The notes beneath the pieces are model-generated. The model saw nothing but the letters and a program-made list of their open reading frames with translations, was not told where the DNA came from and ran no database searches. From an uncultured Phycisphaerales bacterium (lineage in GTDB: Bacteria > Planctomycetota > Phycisphaerae > Tepidisphaerales > Tepidisphaeraceae), in contig CAVWVQ010000003.1 in NCBI GenBank assembly GCA_963758525.1, positions 32,001 through 96,000 of the forward strand: DNA of 64,000 bases. The letters run 5' to 3'. Shown piece by piece: positions 29,146-39,710 of this stretch (its first letter is position 1; each line of letters opens with the position of its first letter). Position numbers and translations under genes: made by a program.

Positions 29146-30375
29146 ATGGCAATCCAGCCGATCGTCCCCTCGCCGCTTCCCCAGCAGCCCGGAGGTGTTA
29201 AGCCCGCCGGCCCGCCAGCGCCGCGCTCCGCGACGGCGTCGATTCCGGCGAAGGACGCGAAGGGCAATCCGCTCCCTCCCGGCGCTGTGCCCGTCGGTGC
29301 GCCAGTCGAAGGCCCGCCGCCCGCGGACGCGAATCGCGATCAAGCGGTGCCGCTGAACTTTTTCCAGCAGCCGTGGGTCCAGAACGTCTTGCCGTTCGTC
29401 ACGTCGCTGATGCTGCACGCGACGGTGATCATCATCGCAGTCCTGACGGTGAAGGCGATTCAGATCATCAAGGCTCCACCCGCCGAAGAGCAGATCATCA
29501 TTCCCGATTCGAACATGGTTGAGAATGGGCCGCCCGGCGGCGTGCCCAATGTGGGTCTGGGCGATAATCCATTCAAACAGGCGCAGCAGGATACGACGCC
29601 CGACGGCGGGACCAAGTCGGGCTGGGCGGAGAAGGCCGGTCCGTCTGCCAATATTGAATCGGCTGGCGGCGGCAGTGGCGATTCCAGCGATTCGGTTATC
29701 AGCGTCGGTCCCGGCGGCGGCTTCGGGCGCGGCAAGGGGCTGGGCTCGGGCAATGGCGGGAGCGCTGGATCTGGCGCCGGTGATGGCTCGGGGGCGCTGG
29801 CGGCGTTTGGAACCCCGGGGGGCGGCGGGATCGGGCCGCAGGGGCCCGTCTTTGGGCATGGCGGAAACGCCCGGACGATCCTCTTCGTCTGCGACTGCAC
29901 CGGCTCGATGATCAATAAGATCGCTCAGCTGAAAATCGAACTCAGCCGGGCCGTCCAAAACCTCAAACCCATTCAATCGTTCAACATCGTATTCTATCAG
30001 GACGAGAAGGTGCTGAAGCTCAGCGGCGCGCTGATTGCCGCAACCTCCGAGAACAAGCGAAAGGCCGAAGCATGGCTGGGTGACATCGTTACCGCGGGCA
30101 CCACCGATCCCGTGCCCGCGCTGGCCTTTGCGCTGGGAGAGAAGCCTCAACTGATGTATTTTCTCACTGACGCCGCAGACTTCCCCGATGTTGCGGCGGT
30201 CCAGAATGTCTTCCGAAAGCTGAACGGCGATCATAAAACCAAAGTGAATACGATCCTGTTTGTCGAGTCGAAGGAAGAGCAGGAAGCCAATAAGGAGTCA
30301 GAGCCGCTCATGCGGGGGATTTCGGGCGAGAACGGCGGCGTCTTCAAATGGGTAAGATTGGATCAATTGAATTAG
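29146..30375 (+). CDS. Single-TM protein with Pro/Gly-rich stalk and C-terminal VWA domain
   Basis: TM with SLMLHA, G-rich linker, LFVCDCTGSM (MIDAS-like), FNIVFY, MYFLTD, KVNTILF. AGGAG RBS. Confidence 0.8.
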   Translation: MAIQPIVPSPLPQQPGGVKPAGPPAPRSATASIPAKDAKGNPLPPGAVPVGAPVEGPPPADANRDQAVPLNFFQQPWVQNVLPFVTSLMLHATVIIIAVLTVKAIQIIKAPPAEEQIIIPDSNMVENGPPGGVPNVGLGDNPFKQAQQDTTPDGGTKSGWAEKAGPSANIESAGGGSGDSSDSVISVGPGGGFGRGKGLGSGNGGSAGSGAGDGSGALAAFGTPGGGGIGPQGPVFGHGGNARTILFVCDCTGSMINKIAQLKIELSRAVQNLKPIQSFNIVFYQDEKVLKLSGALIAATSENKRKAEAWLGDIVTAGTTDPVPALAFALGEKPQLMYFLTDAADFPDVAAVQNVFRKLNGDHKTKVNTILFVESKEEQEANKESEPLMRGISGENGGVFKWVRLDQLN

Positions 30376-30671
30376 CCGAAGGAGGCCCTGGCCCCTGCAA
30401 GGATCAGCGGTGACAGAGACGCGATTCCGGCCGCCGGATGCTTGCAGAACAAGCCAGCCTTTTTCAACCCTCAGACCCCGCGCAGAGGCAGCGAGATCGG
30501 CTCCAGCCCTGGTGCGTGGCGAGGGAGAATTTGTAGGGTTGATGACTTGCGATTCGCGATTGTCGATTGAGGCCGACAGACATCTCCATTTTTGCTCGCC
30601 ACCTCCATCCAAACAATCCGGCTCAGGTCGGAGATCCGGTTTCTCCGCATCGCGGAGGAAGGACTTCTAAC

Positions 30672-31504
30672 ATGCGTCGTTGGTATCGATCCGCCAGGAT
30701 CAGAATTGCCCTGCTCGTCCCGGTGCTGCTGGGATTCTTCTTGGTTGGCACCACATTCGCTCAGGATGCTGCCGCCCCCAAAGTGGAACCAGAGGGTCTG
30801 TTTTCTCTGCTGATTCACAGCGCTGACCCGGTGACCTACATCATCCTGCTGCTGTCGGTGGCCGGGCTGACGCTGATCATGCAGGGCTTTCTCAAGAATC
30901 GGGCTTCGGTCTTTATGCCTTCCGAGAGCACGGAACATATCCGGGAGCTGATCGGCCAGAAGAAGTTCAAGGAGCTGATTGAATACACGGAAACGGATCC
31001 GAGTTTCGTGAGCAAGGCGCTGAATCCGGCCCTCAAGCGTGCCCCCAGCTTCAGCAGCATGAAGGAAGCCATGGAAACCGCGATCGGCGAACAGACCGCC
31101 GAGCAATTTCGACGAATCGAGTATCTCAACATCATCGGCAACCTCGGCCCTCTGCTGGGACTGCTGGGAACGGTGCTTGGCATGATCGTGGCGTTCAGCG
31201 CCATGAAGGCGGCGGGCGGCAGCGCCAATCCAGGCGATCTGGCCGGCGGTATTTCCAAGGCGCTGTGCCACACGTTCGAGGGTCTGGCACTTGCCGTTCC
31301 GTGTCTGGCTTGCTTTGGAATCCTGCGCACGATCGTGGACCGGCTCACCGTGCAGGGGGCGTTGGTTGCCGAGGAACTCCTGCTGATGGTCAAGCCGGCG
31401 GATAAGCCCGCCGTGGCACCGGGCGCTCGCCCGCAGGCCGGCGTGCCCCAGCCTCAGGCGCCGCGCAAATGCCGGCGCCGCCGGTTCCGGCCCCGGCGTC
31501 TTGA
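30672..31504 (+). CDS. exbB: MotA/TolQ/ExbB proton channel (tail frameshift near 31468)
   Basis: IIGNLGPLLGLLGTVLGMI, LAGGISKALCHTFEGL..AVP. The corrected tail reads KMPAPPVPAPAS*. Confidence 0.9.
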
Positions 31505-31661
31505 TCAGACGATTCTTCAGTCGTCGCGGCACGGCGCCGGAAAGTCGGCCGTCGCTGCGCGGCATCGAAACGGCAGAGCCGCTGCGCCAGAATCACGCCG
31601 CAATGGTGACTGCATCTAAGAAAACCCGCGGTCGTCCGTCTGCAATCAAAATAGGTGAGCG

Positions 31662-32183
31662 ATGAAAAAGCACGTCATGCCGGAGATGAAGGAAGGCGGC
31701 GTTAACGTCACGCCGCTGATCGACATCGTCATGTGCCTGATCATCTTCTTCATGCTGGTTGCGAAGATCGGCGTGACCCGCGGGGATCTCAAGAGCGTTG
31801 TTCTGCCCAAAACCATCCTCGGCAAAGAGATCAAGGACTTCAGCAACACGCTGACGCTGAATGTGCTGCCGACCAACCTCGATGATCCGCAGGTTTCCAC
31901 GCTCGTCGATGGCCAGCCGCGCGACATCAAGATTTACGATCACCTGGGCGGCCAGACGGATCAGCCGTTGTTGCGCATTCTCAAGGAGTTTAAGGCAACC
32001 CACACCGAGCCCAAGGTCATCATCCGCGCGGACAAGGACCTGCCCTACAGTCAGCTCGAAAGCGTTCTGCTGGCGTGCGCCGAGGCGGAAGTCACCAACA
32101 TTGCCTATGAGACCAAGGAAGGTCAGGAAGCCGCCGACACCGCTGAGAGTCCGGCCCCCGCGGACGCCCCGAGCAATCCATAG
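31662..32183 (+). CDS. exbD: ExbD/TolR family protein 1
   Basis: VNVTPLIDIVMCLIIFFML, VIIRADKDLPY. Confidence 0.9.
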   Translation: MKKHVMPEMKEGGVNVTPLIDIVMCLIIFFMLVAKIGVTRGDLKSVVLPKTILGKEIKDFSNTLTLNVLPTNLDDPQVSTLVDGQPRDIKIYDHLGGQTDQPLLRILKEFKATHTEPKVIIRADKDLPYSQLESVLLACAEAEVTNIAYETKEGQEAADTAESPAPADAPSNP

Positions 32184-32203
32184 TCCTCAAGCAGGAACCT
32201 GGC

Positions 32204-32674
32204 ATGAAAGTCAAAGGCGCTAAGAAAGTCCACTACGATTCGGGGCCCAACATGACGCCGTTGGTGGACGTCGTGATGGTCATCCTGATTTTCCTGATGC
32301 TGGCGGGCAGCTTCGGCGGCGCCGCGCGCTTCCTCGTGAGCAAGCAGGGGATCAAAGCGAGCGGCGGTCACGGTCGCCCGCTCAAACCCGGCGAAGTCCC
32401 CGACATCAACCTCGACATTCACGTCGACAACGCGCGCGACGGCGTAGGATTCGTCGCCCAAGGCACCGGCATTCCGCCCACGGGCGACGCCGACAAGCTC
32501 AAGGCGTTTCTCGACGGCCAGCTCAAGCGCTTCAATGACGCCGGCACCAAGACCGATCAGTTGCAGGTGGTGCTCTATCCCGGCCGGCGCGTGAAGTACA
32601 AATATCTGATCGCGATCTATCAGGCGGCGCTTCAGGCGAAGTTTGAGAAGATTGCCTTTGCGACGTCGCATTGA
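32204..32674 (+). CDS. exbD: ExbD/TolR family protein 2
   Basis: PNMTPLVDVVMVILIFLML. Confidence 0.9.
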   Translation: MKVKGAKKVHYDSGPNMTPLVDVVMVILIFLMLAGSFGGAARFLVSKQGIKASGGHGRPLKPGEVPDINLDIHVDNARDGVGFVAQGTGIPPTGDADKLKAFLDGQLKRFNDAGTKTDQLQVVLYPGRRVKYKYLIAIYQAALQAKFEKIAFATSH

Positions 32675-32755
32675 TTGAACGCGCACAGGCACGCGTTTGT
32701 GCAAATAGTTGGCTGCCTTAGCGGGCAAACGCTCAGCCAAGCGCCGGCTTCATTA

Positions 32756-32874
32756 CCCCCTCTCCCGGTACTTCGGGAGAGGGTTGGGGTGAGGGTGATT
32801 TCGAGGACCAACGGCATCCGACGATCAAAAATCACCCTCAACCCCGCCCTCTCCCGGAATACCGGGCGAGGGGG
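32756..32874. repeat. CCCTCTCCCGG-family palindromic repeat
   Basis: CCCCCTCTCCCGGTACTTCGGGAGAGGGTTGGGGTGAGGGTGATT...AATCACCCTCACCCCCGCCCTCTCCCGGAATACCGGGCGAGGGGG. Confidence 0.85.
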
Positions 32875-32953
32875 TGGCTCGCTCGAAATTCGGAGATGTG
32901 CTCTAAACGATGTTGGGAGCGCACAATCGCCCAAGATTACTTAGGTGGTCACG

Positions 32954-33418
32954 ATGCTCATCACGCTCCGGTCCCGGCAGACGCGATATGACGCAGGACC
33001 AAACCTCACCCCGCTTGTCGATGTCGTGCTTGTCGTGCTGATTTTCCTGATGCTCGCGGGCAGCTTTGGAGGTGCAACGCACTTTCTCGGCGGCAACGTT
33101 CTCAGAGGCGGAGTGAGCCGCAGTGCGATATCCCGTGCCGCGGAAATTGCGCCGACTTCGATTGATCTGTTCGTTCAGCAGTCCGGGGACGGACTGATTA
33201 TCCGCGGAAATCAAATTGGGACAACTTCGAGCCTGTCTCTCGTGCGGCAAAGATTGCGGCTAAAATCCGACGGGCTGATTGCCGGCGGAATGAGCCCGGC
33301 GAAAGTGCTTGTGGTGCTGCATCCGGGAAGGAGCGTGCGGTACGGCCAACTGATGGCGGTGTATGATGCGGTTGAGGGCGCCGGATTACCATCGATCGCG
33401 ATGTCGAGGGCGAACTAA
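32954..33418 (+). CDS. exbD: ExbD/TolR family protein 3 (paralog of protein 2)
   Basis: YDAGPNLTPLVDVVLVVLIFLMLAGSFGGA closely matches the upstream copy; VLHPGRSVRY versus VLYPGRRVKY. Confidence 0.8.
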   Translation: MLITLRSRQTRYDAGPNLTPLVDVVLVVLIFLMLAGSFGGATHFLGGNVLRGGVSRSAISRAAEIAPTSIDLFVQQSGDGLIIRGNQIGTTSSLSLVRQRLRLKSDGLIAGGMSPAKVLVVLHPGRSVRYGQLMAVYDAVEGAGLPSIAMSRAN

Positions 33419-33445
33419 GTTTCGAGAGATCAGCGAGATTTCATT

Positions 33446-36338
33446 ATGATGCCGAAGATTCGCAGAGGAATGATCCGACTTGCAGTGGCCGCGGGTTGCG
33501 TCGCACCGTGCTTATCAGCCGTCAGCGCTCGAGCGGATGATCTTTCCACTCTGGGCGACGACAAGACGATGAGCAAGTTGTCCGATCTCGGACTCGACAC
33601 GCTGCTGGATCGAATGTTCGAGCTGAAGCACACCCCCGAGGCCCAGCGGACCGGATTGCGCGCGTTGCGGGCGTTGCACGAACTGGCCGATCCGAGCGTC
33701 AAGCTCACCAACTCGCAACGACAGCGGCACGTCAAGGCCGCGGTGGACGGCATCGCCGCGATCCTGCCCACCATGAACGACCCCGACGCGCTGATGGCAT
33801 ATGCGGGTTCTCTGCTGGAATACGGCGTCACCCCCGACGTGAATACGCTGGAATATTGGGGTGATAATCCGGTGACCGAATCGCGTCTGAAGCCGGTGGT
33901 GAAAACCGTGATCGATCTTCTCGATCGCGCCGCAACCGTGTCGACCGCGCAAGCCGCCGATCTGGGCAACAAGCTTAACGGCGCGGACGATCCGCGCCAA
34001 TATCTGGGAGCATCTGGACAACCTATCCCACACGACCGTCTACAAGAAAAACATGGTGGCGTACTATCAGGAGCTGGCGACGGATCGCAGCACCGCCGCC
34101 GGCCAGCAGGAACGAGTGAAGATTGCCCAGACCGCGCTGAAGTATCTGACGGACATCGACAACGCCGACAGCGGCGTCATGCCGGCGGTGCGGTTGATGA
34201 TGGGCAAGCTCTACCTGGCGATGGGAAGTTATTCCGAGGCTCGTTCCCGCTTCGACAGCATCGCGAACAATCCGAAGAACGAGGTGGTTCCCCCGCCGGA
34301 TGTCTATCAGCAATACGAGGCCCGCTACTTCCATCTCGTGGCCGATCTGGAGAACCGGAACACCGCCGCCGCCAAGAAGGGGCTCAGCGAGTTGATTGCC
34401 TGGCAAAAGTCGAAGCTGCCTGCCGACAAGGCGACGCAGGAAGGCGTCGCCGCGGCGGCGGAAATGATGCGCTATCGCATTTACAGCGCCGAGGCGGCGG
34501 AGTCTGACGCAACTGCCGATGCCCGCAAAAAGGCGGACGATAACGCCATCGCGGTGCTCGAAAAGCTCAAGAAGGATCGCCCCGAGCTGGCGCCGATCAT
34601 TTACGAGCAGTTGATGAACCGCATCCCGGCGGACAAGCCGGTCGCGACGCTGGATCCATTGATTCTGCAGGGACTGATGAACAAGGGAATCGTCGAAGCG
34701 AATAAATCGGACGCGGACAAGCCCGATGCAAAGGTGATCGGCCGCGCCATCGATGCCGCCCGCGAAATCGTCACGCGCAAGGATCGTTCCGGCATCAGCC
34801 GCGATCTGGTCGGCGACGCGGAGCTGCTGATCCCAAAGCTGTATGACCGGTTGGGCAAGAATCTGGAAGCCGCCGAGGGATACGTCGAATACGCCGAGAA
34901 GAACGCCACTTTGAACATGCAGCAGGCGAAGGACGCGATGGACCGCGCGGGATATCTGATCTTCAACGCGAGGAAGACGACTCCCGACGACGTGAAGCTG
35001 GGAGCGATCTACGACCGCTTCCTTCCGGTCGCGATCAAGCCGCCGTTCAATCACAAGGAGCTCACGTACCTCTATGCCAAGCATTTGCGGGCGCTGAACC
35101 GGCCGGCAGAAGCGGTGGTCTATTTTCGGATGGTCCCGAAGGACGACGCAAACTATCTCAACGCGCAATATTTTCTCATGCTCGCGCTGAAGGATGTGCT
35201 TGATACCAAGCTGAGTGACGCGGCTCGCGCGAAGACCGTGGCAGAGATGCAAGCGGTGGGCGACGTGGTGAAGCAACTCGGCTCGGCTTCGTCGGATCCG
35301 AAGGATCGCTTCAAAGCGGCACATGCGACGCTCATCGCCGCGGAGATCGCGGTCGAGGATCCCAAGTCGAAAGATCCCAGGCGCGCCCTTCAACTGCTCG
35401 ATGGTTTCGAGGCACAGGTCAAGGGAGTTCCCGGACAGAAGGATCTGCTGGCCGAGGCGCTTTTCGTCCGCGTGAACGCGTTCATGGACGTCGGCCAACT
35501 CGATCAGGCGACCGGTGCTCTCGTCGGGCTGCTCGATAAAGCTCCGGATTCAGCGCCGGGACTTGTTCGGCAGATGCTCGAGAAACTCGACTCCGAATAT
35601 GCCCGCGCCGACGTCGCCAATGACACAAAGACGATGCGCGAGGTGGCGACCAACGAGGCGAAACTCACCGGCTTCCTCGCCGACTGGGCGACCAAGAACA
35701 GCGACCCCAAGATTCATCAGTTCGCCTACCAGTACCGCGTTTACGACGCCAACACCAAGCGCAAAGCCGGCACGCTCGACGAGAATCCGCAGTCGCGGCA
35801 AAAGCAACTGGAGGCTGCCAAGGCCCTGTACACGGATCTGCTGAGCCCGGCGAATCATCAGCTCTACCTGGCGACGCTGGACCAGGCAAAGATCAAGGAT
35901 GGCACGATTGACCCGTCACTGGACGATACGGCCGTGCGCGTCGGCCTGGCGTTCACCGAGTTTCAGTTGAAGGAGTACTCAGACGCGCAGAAGATTCTCG
36001 GCGACCTCGTCGGCAACCGAATGCTTGGCAGCCCGACCGTCCAGGTCGACGACCACGGCGAACAGAAGCTGAAAGACAACGACCTTTACTGGGAAGCCAA
36101 TGTGACGCTGCTCGAGTGCAACGTGGGCATCGCCCGCCAAGGCGGCGCCGATGCGAAGAGCATCATGGACGGATGCCAGCGGGGCCTCAAGCAATATCTG
36201 ATTCGCGGCGGCATTCCCGAGCGTTGGCAGGATGACTTCGAACGCGTCCGCGCCGACATTCTCCCCGACTGGAAGCCCCCCGTCCGCGAAAATCTCGCCG
36301 CCGCCACCCAGCCCTCGGCGGCTGCGTCTGCGAAATGA
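33446..36338 (+). CDS. Large secreted alpha-helical/TPR-like protein (~960 aa, frameshift near 33997)
   Basis: Signal peptide; ORFs 33446-34507 and 34053-36338 join via DDPR/ANIWEHLDNLSHTTVYKKNMVAYY. TPR-like helices such as MMGKLYLAMGSYSEARSRF. Confidence 0.75.
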
Positions 36339-36352
36339 GTGCTGGTGATTGC

Positions 36353-36727
36353 TCAGCTGGCTTTGCTCCTGATCACCTGCTTCAGGCGTAGCAGCCATCG
36401 CTGCGGATCTTGATTGATCTCGTCCAGTAATCGGCGCACCGGCCCTGCTGGCGGACGCTCGCCTTGCTCCCACGATTGAACAGTCTTGACGTTGACAGCG
36501 AGCAGTCTCGCAAACCCCGCCTGGCTCAGTCCGAGCTTCGCTCGTGTATCCCGAATCTCAGCTGCTTTGTATTCGGCCGGAGCCAGATCAAGTCTGATGT
36601 CACGCACCGTGACCTGCTCACCACGATTCAATGCGTCGAAGAAATCGTTAAGACTGTGAATTACTTCTGCGCCTAGATTCGTTTCCTGTCGAAACGGCTT
36701 CCGTTTGGTGTTGCCGGAACGAGCCAT
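36353..36727 (-). CDS. HigA-like HTH (Xre) antitoxin
   Basis: EIRDTRAKLGLSQAGFARLLAVNVKTVQSWEQGERPPAGP. Confidence 0.85.
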   Translation of the reverse strand: MARSGNTKRKPFRQETNLGAEVIHSLNDFFDALNRGEQVTVRDIRLDLAPAEYKAAEIRDTRAKLGLSQAGFARLLAVNVKTVQSWEQGERPPAGPVRRLLDEINQDPQRWLLRLKQVIRSKAS

Positions 36728-36750
36728 ATTCACCTCCGTCAAAGGACGCA

Positions 36751-37114
36751 TTATCCTCCGGCCTTAATCCAGTTGTAGAGGCGATCCAGCAGACTGGTGA
36801 TTTGCCTCTTCTGTTCGCCGGTCAAATTATCCTGATCTTTTTTTGCGAATACCGCGATCGCGACAATTACGCCAAACTCTTCGAAATATGCGTAAGCGAT
36901 GCGATACGAGCCACTCTTACCTCGACCGCCTGATGCTTTGGCGAATCGGCATTTCCTGAGGCCATTAGCGCCTGAGATCACCGGGTGGCGCTTCGGATCG
37001 AGCATCGTCTGAATCTGAAAGGCTCGCAAATCGTCGTCATCAAGCCCAAGCGCTCTCCATTTATTTTCAAAATACGGGGTCAAGATCCACCGCTTCCAGT
37101 CCTCCGCCCTGCAT
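36751..37114 (-). CDS. RelE/HigB-family toxin (start probably ATG 37114 with a 1-nt shift)
   Basis: LGLDDDDLRAFQ, ISGANGLRKCRFA..GRGKSGSYRIAY, FAKKDQDNLT. Toxin-before-antitoxin order. Confidence 0.8.
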
Positions 37115-37273
37115 GGTTGCCGGATGCTCGACAGACAAACGTGCGATGGAGCGCCGCTTATGAGGAGCCATCCAGTCTCCCCGGAAGCTTTACTTCTCAG
37201 ACACAACCAACGAATTGGACTGCCGATCTATACCATTTAGTAGGATAGAGCAAAGAAACTGAATTTTCAACAC

Positions 37274-38032
37274 CTAGACCGGCTGGACAGGGGATGCACC
37301 CACCGTCCGCGGAACCGGCACGGACCGGCCGTCGACACTCCAGAGAAAACTCAGGTAGGGCAGCAATCTCACCGGCAGCAGGACCTGCAGTGCGATCCGA
37401 GCAATCGGTCTGCCAAGAATTTCGCCCGCGAGGATGCTCACCATTTGAATTCCGGCGACTGTCGCCAGCACCGTCCATCCCCAGTCGGCAAAACGAGGCT
37501 TCGTCACCGGGGTGTAGGCAAATGCCCGCCATGCGTTCCACGCAATGGGCACGATCAGAAGCGGCAGCATCGTGGCCAGGTATCGCACGCCCCGCCGCCA
37601 GTGCCAGCAGAACGTCGCGAAGAATCCCCCCAACGCGGCGCCAACGATCGCTCCGCCGGCGAGTTCCACCCAAACCGGATTTTGCATTTCCGCGTTGACG
37701 GCGTGCCGATCGTTAAACGTATCGTCCAGGTAGGATGCCTGGGACGCCCAGAAGAGTGCTCCGCTGGCAATCACGACCGCCAGCAGGAATCCGATGTAGA
37801 GGACAAGCGCGCCGGTCGCCAGCCGCTGGGTGAACTTCTGGCTTGCCGTCGTCATGTTGCCGGCCGCGCTAAATCGTCCGCATTCGGGACATCGGCAGAC
37901 GAGGATTCCCAGCCGCTGGTCCCGGGAAACCACCTGACTGAAGAGGTTGTAATGGCAATGTGCGCAGAAAGAATCCACCTGCACATGCCCGACCGGCGTC
38001 TGCGGGCCCGCGTCCGCGGCAAGTTCCTCCAT
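37274..38032 (-). CDS. Membrane protein with N-terminal zinc ribbon
   Basis: FCAHCHYNL...RCPECG followed by about four TM helices. Confidence 0.7.
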   Translation of the reverse strand: MEELAADAGPQTPVGHVQVDSFCAHCHYNLFSQVVSRDQRLGILVCRCPECGRFSAAGNMTTASQKFTQRLATGALVLYIGFLLAVVIASGALFWASQASYLDDTFNDRHAVNAEMQNPVWVELAGGAIVGAALGGFFATFCWHWRRGVRYLATMLPLLIVPIAWNAWRAFAYTPVTKPRFADWGWTVLATVAGIQMVSILAGEILGRPIARIALQVLLPVRLLPYLSFLWSVDGRSVPVPRTVGASPVQPV

Positions 38033-38150
38033 GCCGGGCAAGAATAAGCGGCCATCGCCGGCGACGCAAAGAGCATGGCGGGAGGACGCGCAGTCGATTT
38101 GCGGGCGATGGTATTTGATCGTTACCATGCATGCGCAGCGGGAGGACCCA

Positions 38151-38504
38151 GTGTCACAGCTCTTCTTCAAAAAGCAGTTTTTTGCCGCGATCCGCGACGG
38201 GAGCAAGCGCACCACCATTCGGCGCTGGCCGAGAGCGCGCGTCAGCGCCGGGCAAGACGCGTATGCGCCGCATATCGGCTGGCTGCACATTGAGGGGGTT
38301 GAATCCGTGCGCCTTAAGGAATTGGGAGAAGCCGATGCGATTGCCGATGGCTTCGACAGCCGGGCGTCGATGCTGCAGGCGCTCCGTCAACTTTATCCCG
38401 ATTACCGCACGGATGGGAAACAGTGGTTCCGGGTCATCTTCACCATCAAGGAGCTGATCGAGCCGCGTCTGCGCCCGGACGCGGCGCAGCTGAGCATGTT
38501 TTAG
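38151..38504 (+). CDS. ASCH domain protein
   Basis: LFFKKQFFAAIRDGSKRTTIR (GxKxxTxR), DAIADGF; GGAGG RBS before GTG. Confidence 0.8.
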   Translation: MSQLFFKKQFFAAIRDGSKRTTIRRWPRARVSAGQDAYAPHIGWLHIEGVESVRLKELGEADAIADGFDSRASMLQALRQLYPDYRTDGKQWFRVIFTIKELIEPRLRPDAAQLSMF

Positions 38505-39467
38505 GATTCGTTGAGGCGCGACGACAACATCTCCACGATGAGGTTGGCGGAGAGTATGAGTATGGCTCCGCCGATCGCGGCCGGTCCGATCGTATGGTGG
38601 GCGACGACGGCCGCATAGATAGCAGCGATCACCGGTTCCATGAGATAGATCAGCGTCGCCCGCGCCGGCTCGAGCTGCGGTTGAAAATGCGTGAGCAGAC
38701 CAAATGCTGCCGTCGTCGTCAGCAGCGATAACAGCAGCAGATTCCATCCAACGCTGGGCAAAATCAGCAGCCGCCCGATCGCGTCCGGATCGCGGAGGAG
38801 TCTGCCACCAGGAATCACTGCACCGGCAACAACGCACGTCAGCGCGACGACGACGAACTGTCCGAATGCCAGGCGAGAGGCGTTTTCGTATTGGGCCGCC
38901 GCGTTCAGGGCCAGAATGTAGACGGAGAATCCCGCGGCACAGCCGAGTCCGAGCAATTCGCCGGCGCCCAAACCCGTGGGCTGCGCCGGTCATCAACCAC
39001 ACTCCTGCTGTCGCCAGCGCCACGCCCAGCCAAAGCACGCCGCGCGGGGGACGACGCGCGACAAAGGTGAGAAGGATCGGGACAAAGAGAACAGTCAGGC
39101 TTGTCAGAAAGGCGCTGACGGACTCGGACGTTCGTTCCAGGCCGACATGCTGCAAAATGAGGCTCACCGCCAGCAGGGTGCCGACACAGACGCAGCGCAG
39201 CGCTCCGCGCCAGGTCCAGCCGCGCAGAGCGCTCGGAAAGACGATCGGCCACAGCGCCGCGGCAATGCAGAATCTGACGGCCAGCGAAAAGACCGCGCCA
39301 AACGCCGCTTGGGAAGGCAGATGAACGGCAGCATTGATTCCGGCGATGGCCGCCTTGGCCCACGTGAAGCCGCATCCCCAGAAGACCGTGCCAAGCAGCA
39401 GCATCGCAGCCGGCAGGCGGGCGTCGCTCCATCGGTGCTGCCGGGCGTTCGATTCTGGCGCGTTCAC
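38501..39467 (-). CDS. DMT/EamA family transporter (frameshift near 38972)
   Basis: FWGCGFTWAK, GLERTSESVSAFLTSL, RATLIYLMEPVIAA; about ten TM helices across two frames. Confidence 0.85.
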
Positions 39468-39606
39468 GTACGCCTTTCAATCGGCCGGCGCAGCGCTGTT
39501 GCAGACATCAATTGTTCGATTTGAATTCTCAGATTTGAAAACGGTCTGACGATTACCGGAGCCGCGCGACGGATGAGAAGTTCCAACGTTGAGCGCATCG
39601 TTCTCG

Positions 39607-39703
39607 CTTCCCGCTCCTGACTCCTGGCTCCCGCTTCTGACTCCTGGCTCCTGGCTCCTGACTCCTGGCTCCCGCTTCTGACTCCTGGCTCCTGGCTCCC
39701 GCC
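39607..39703. repeat. Heptamer tandem array (CTCCTGG/CTCCTGA/CTCCCGC)
   Basis: About 13 degenerate 7-nt units with a higher-order repetition of CTCCTGGCTCCCGCTTCTGACTCCTGG. Confidence 0.85.
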
Positions 39704-39710
39704 CCGTTCC

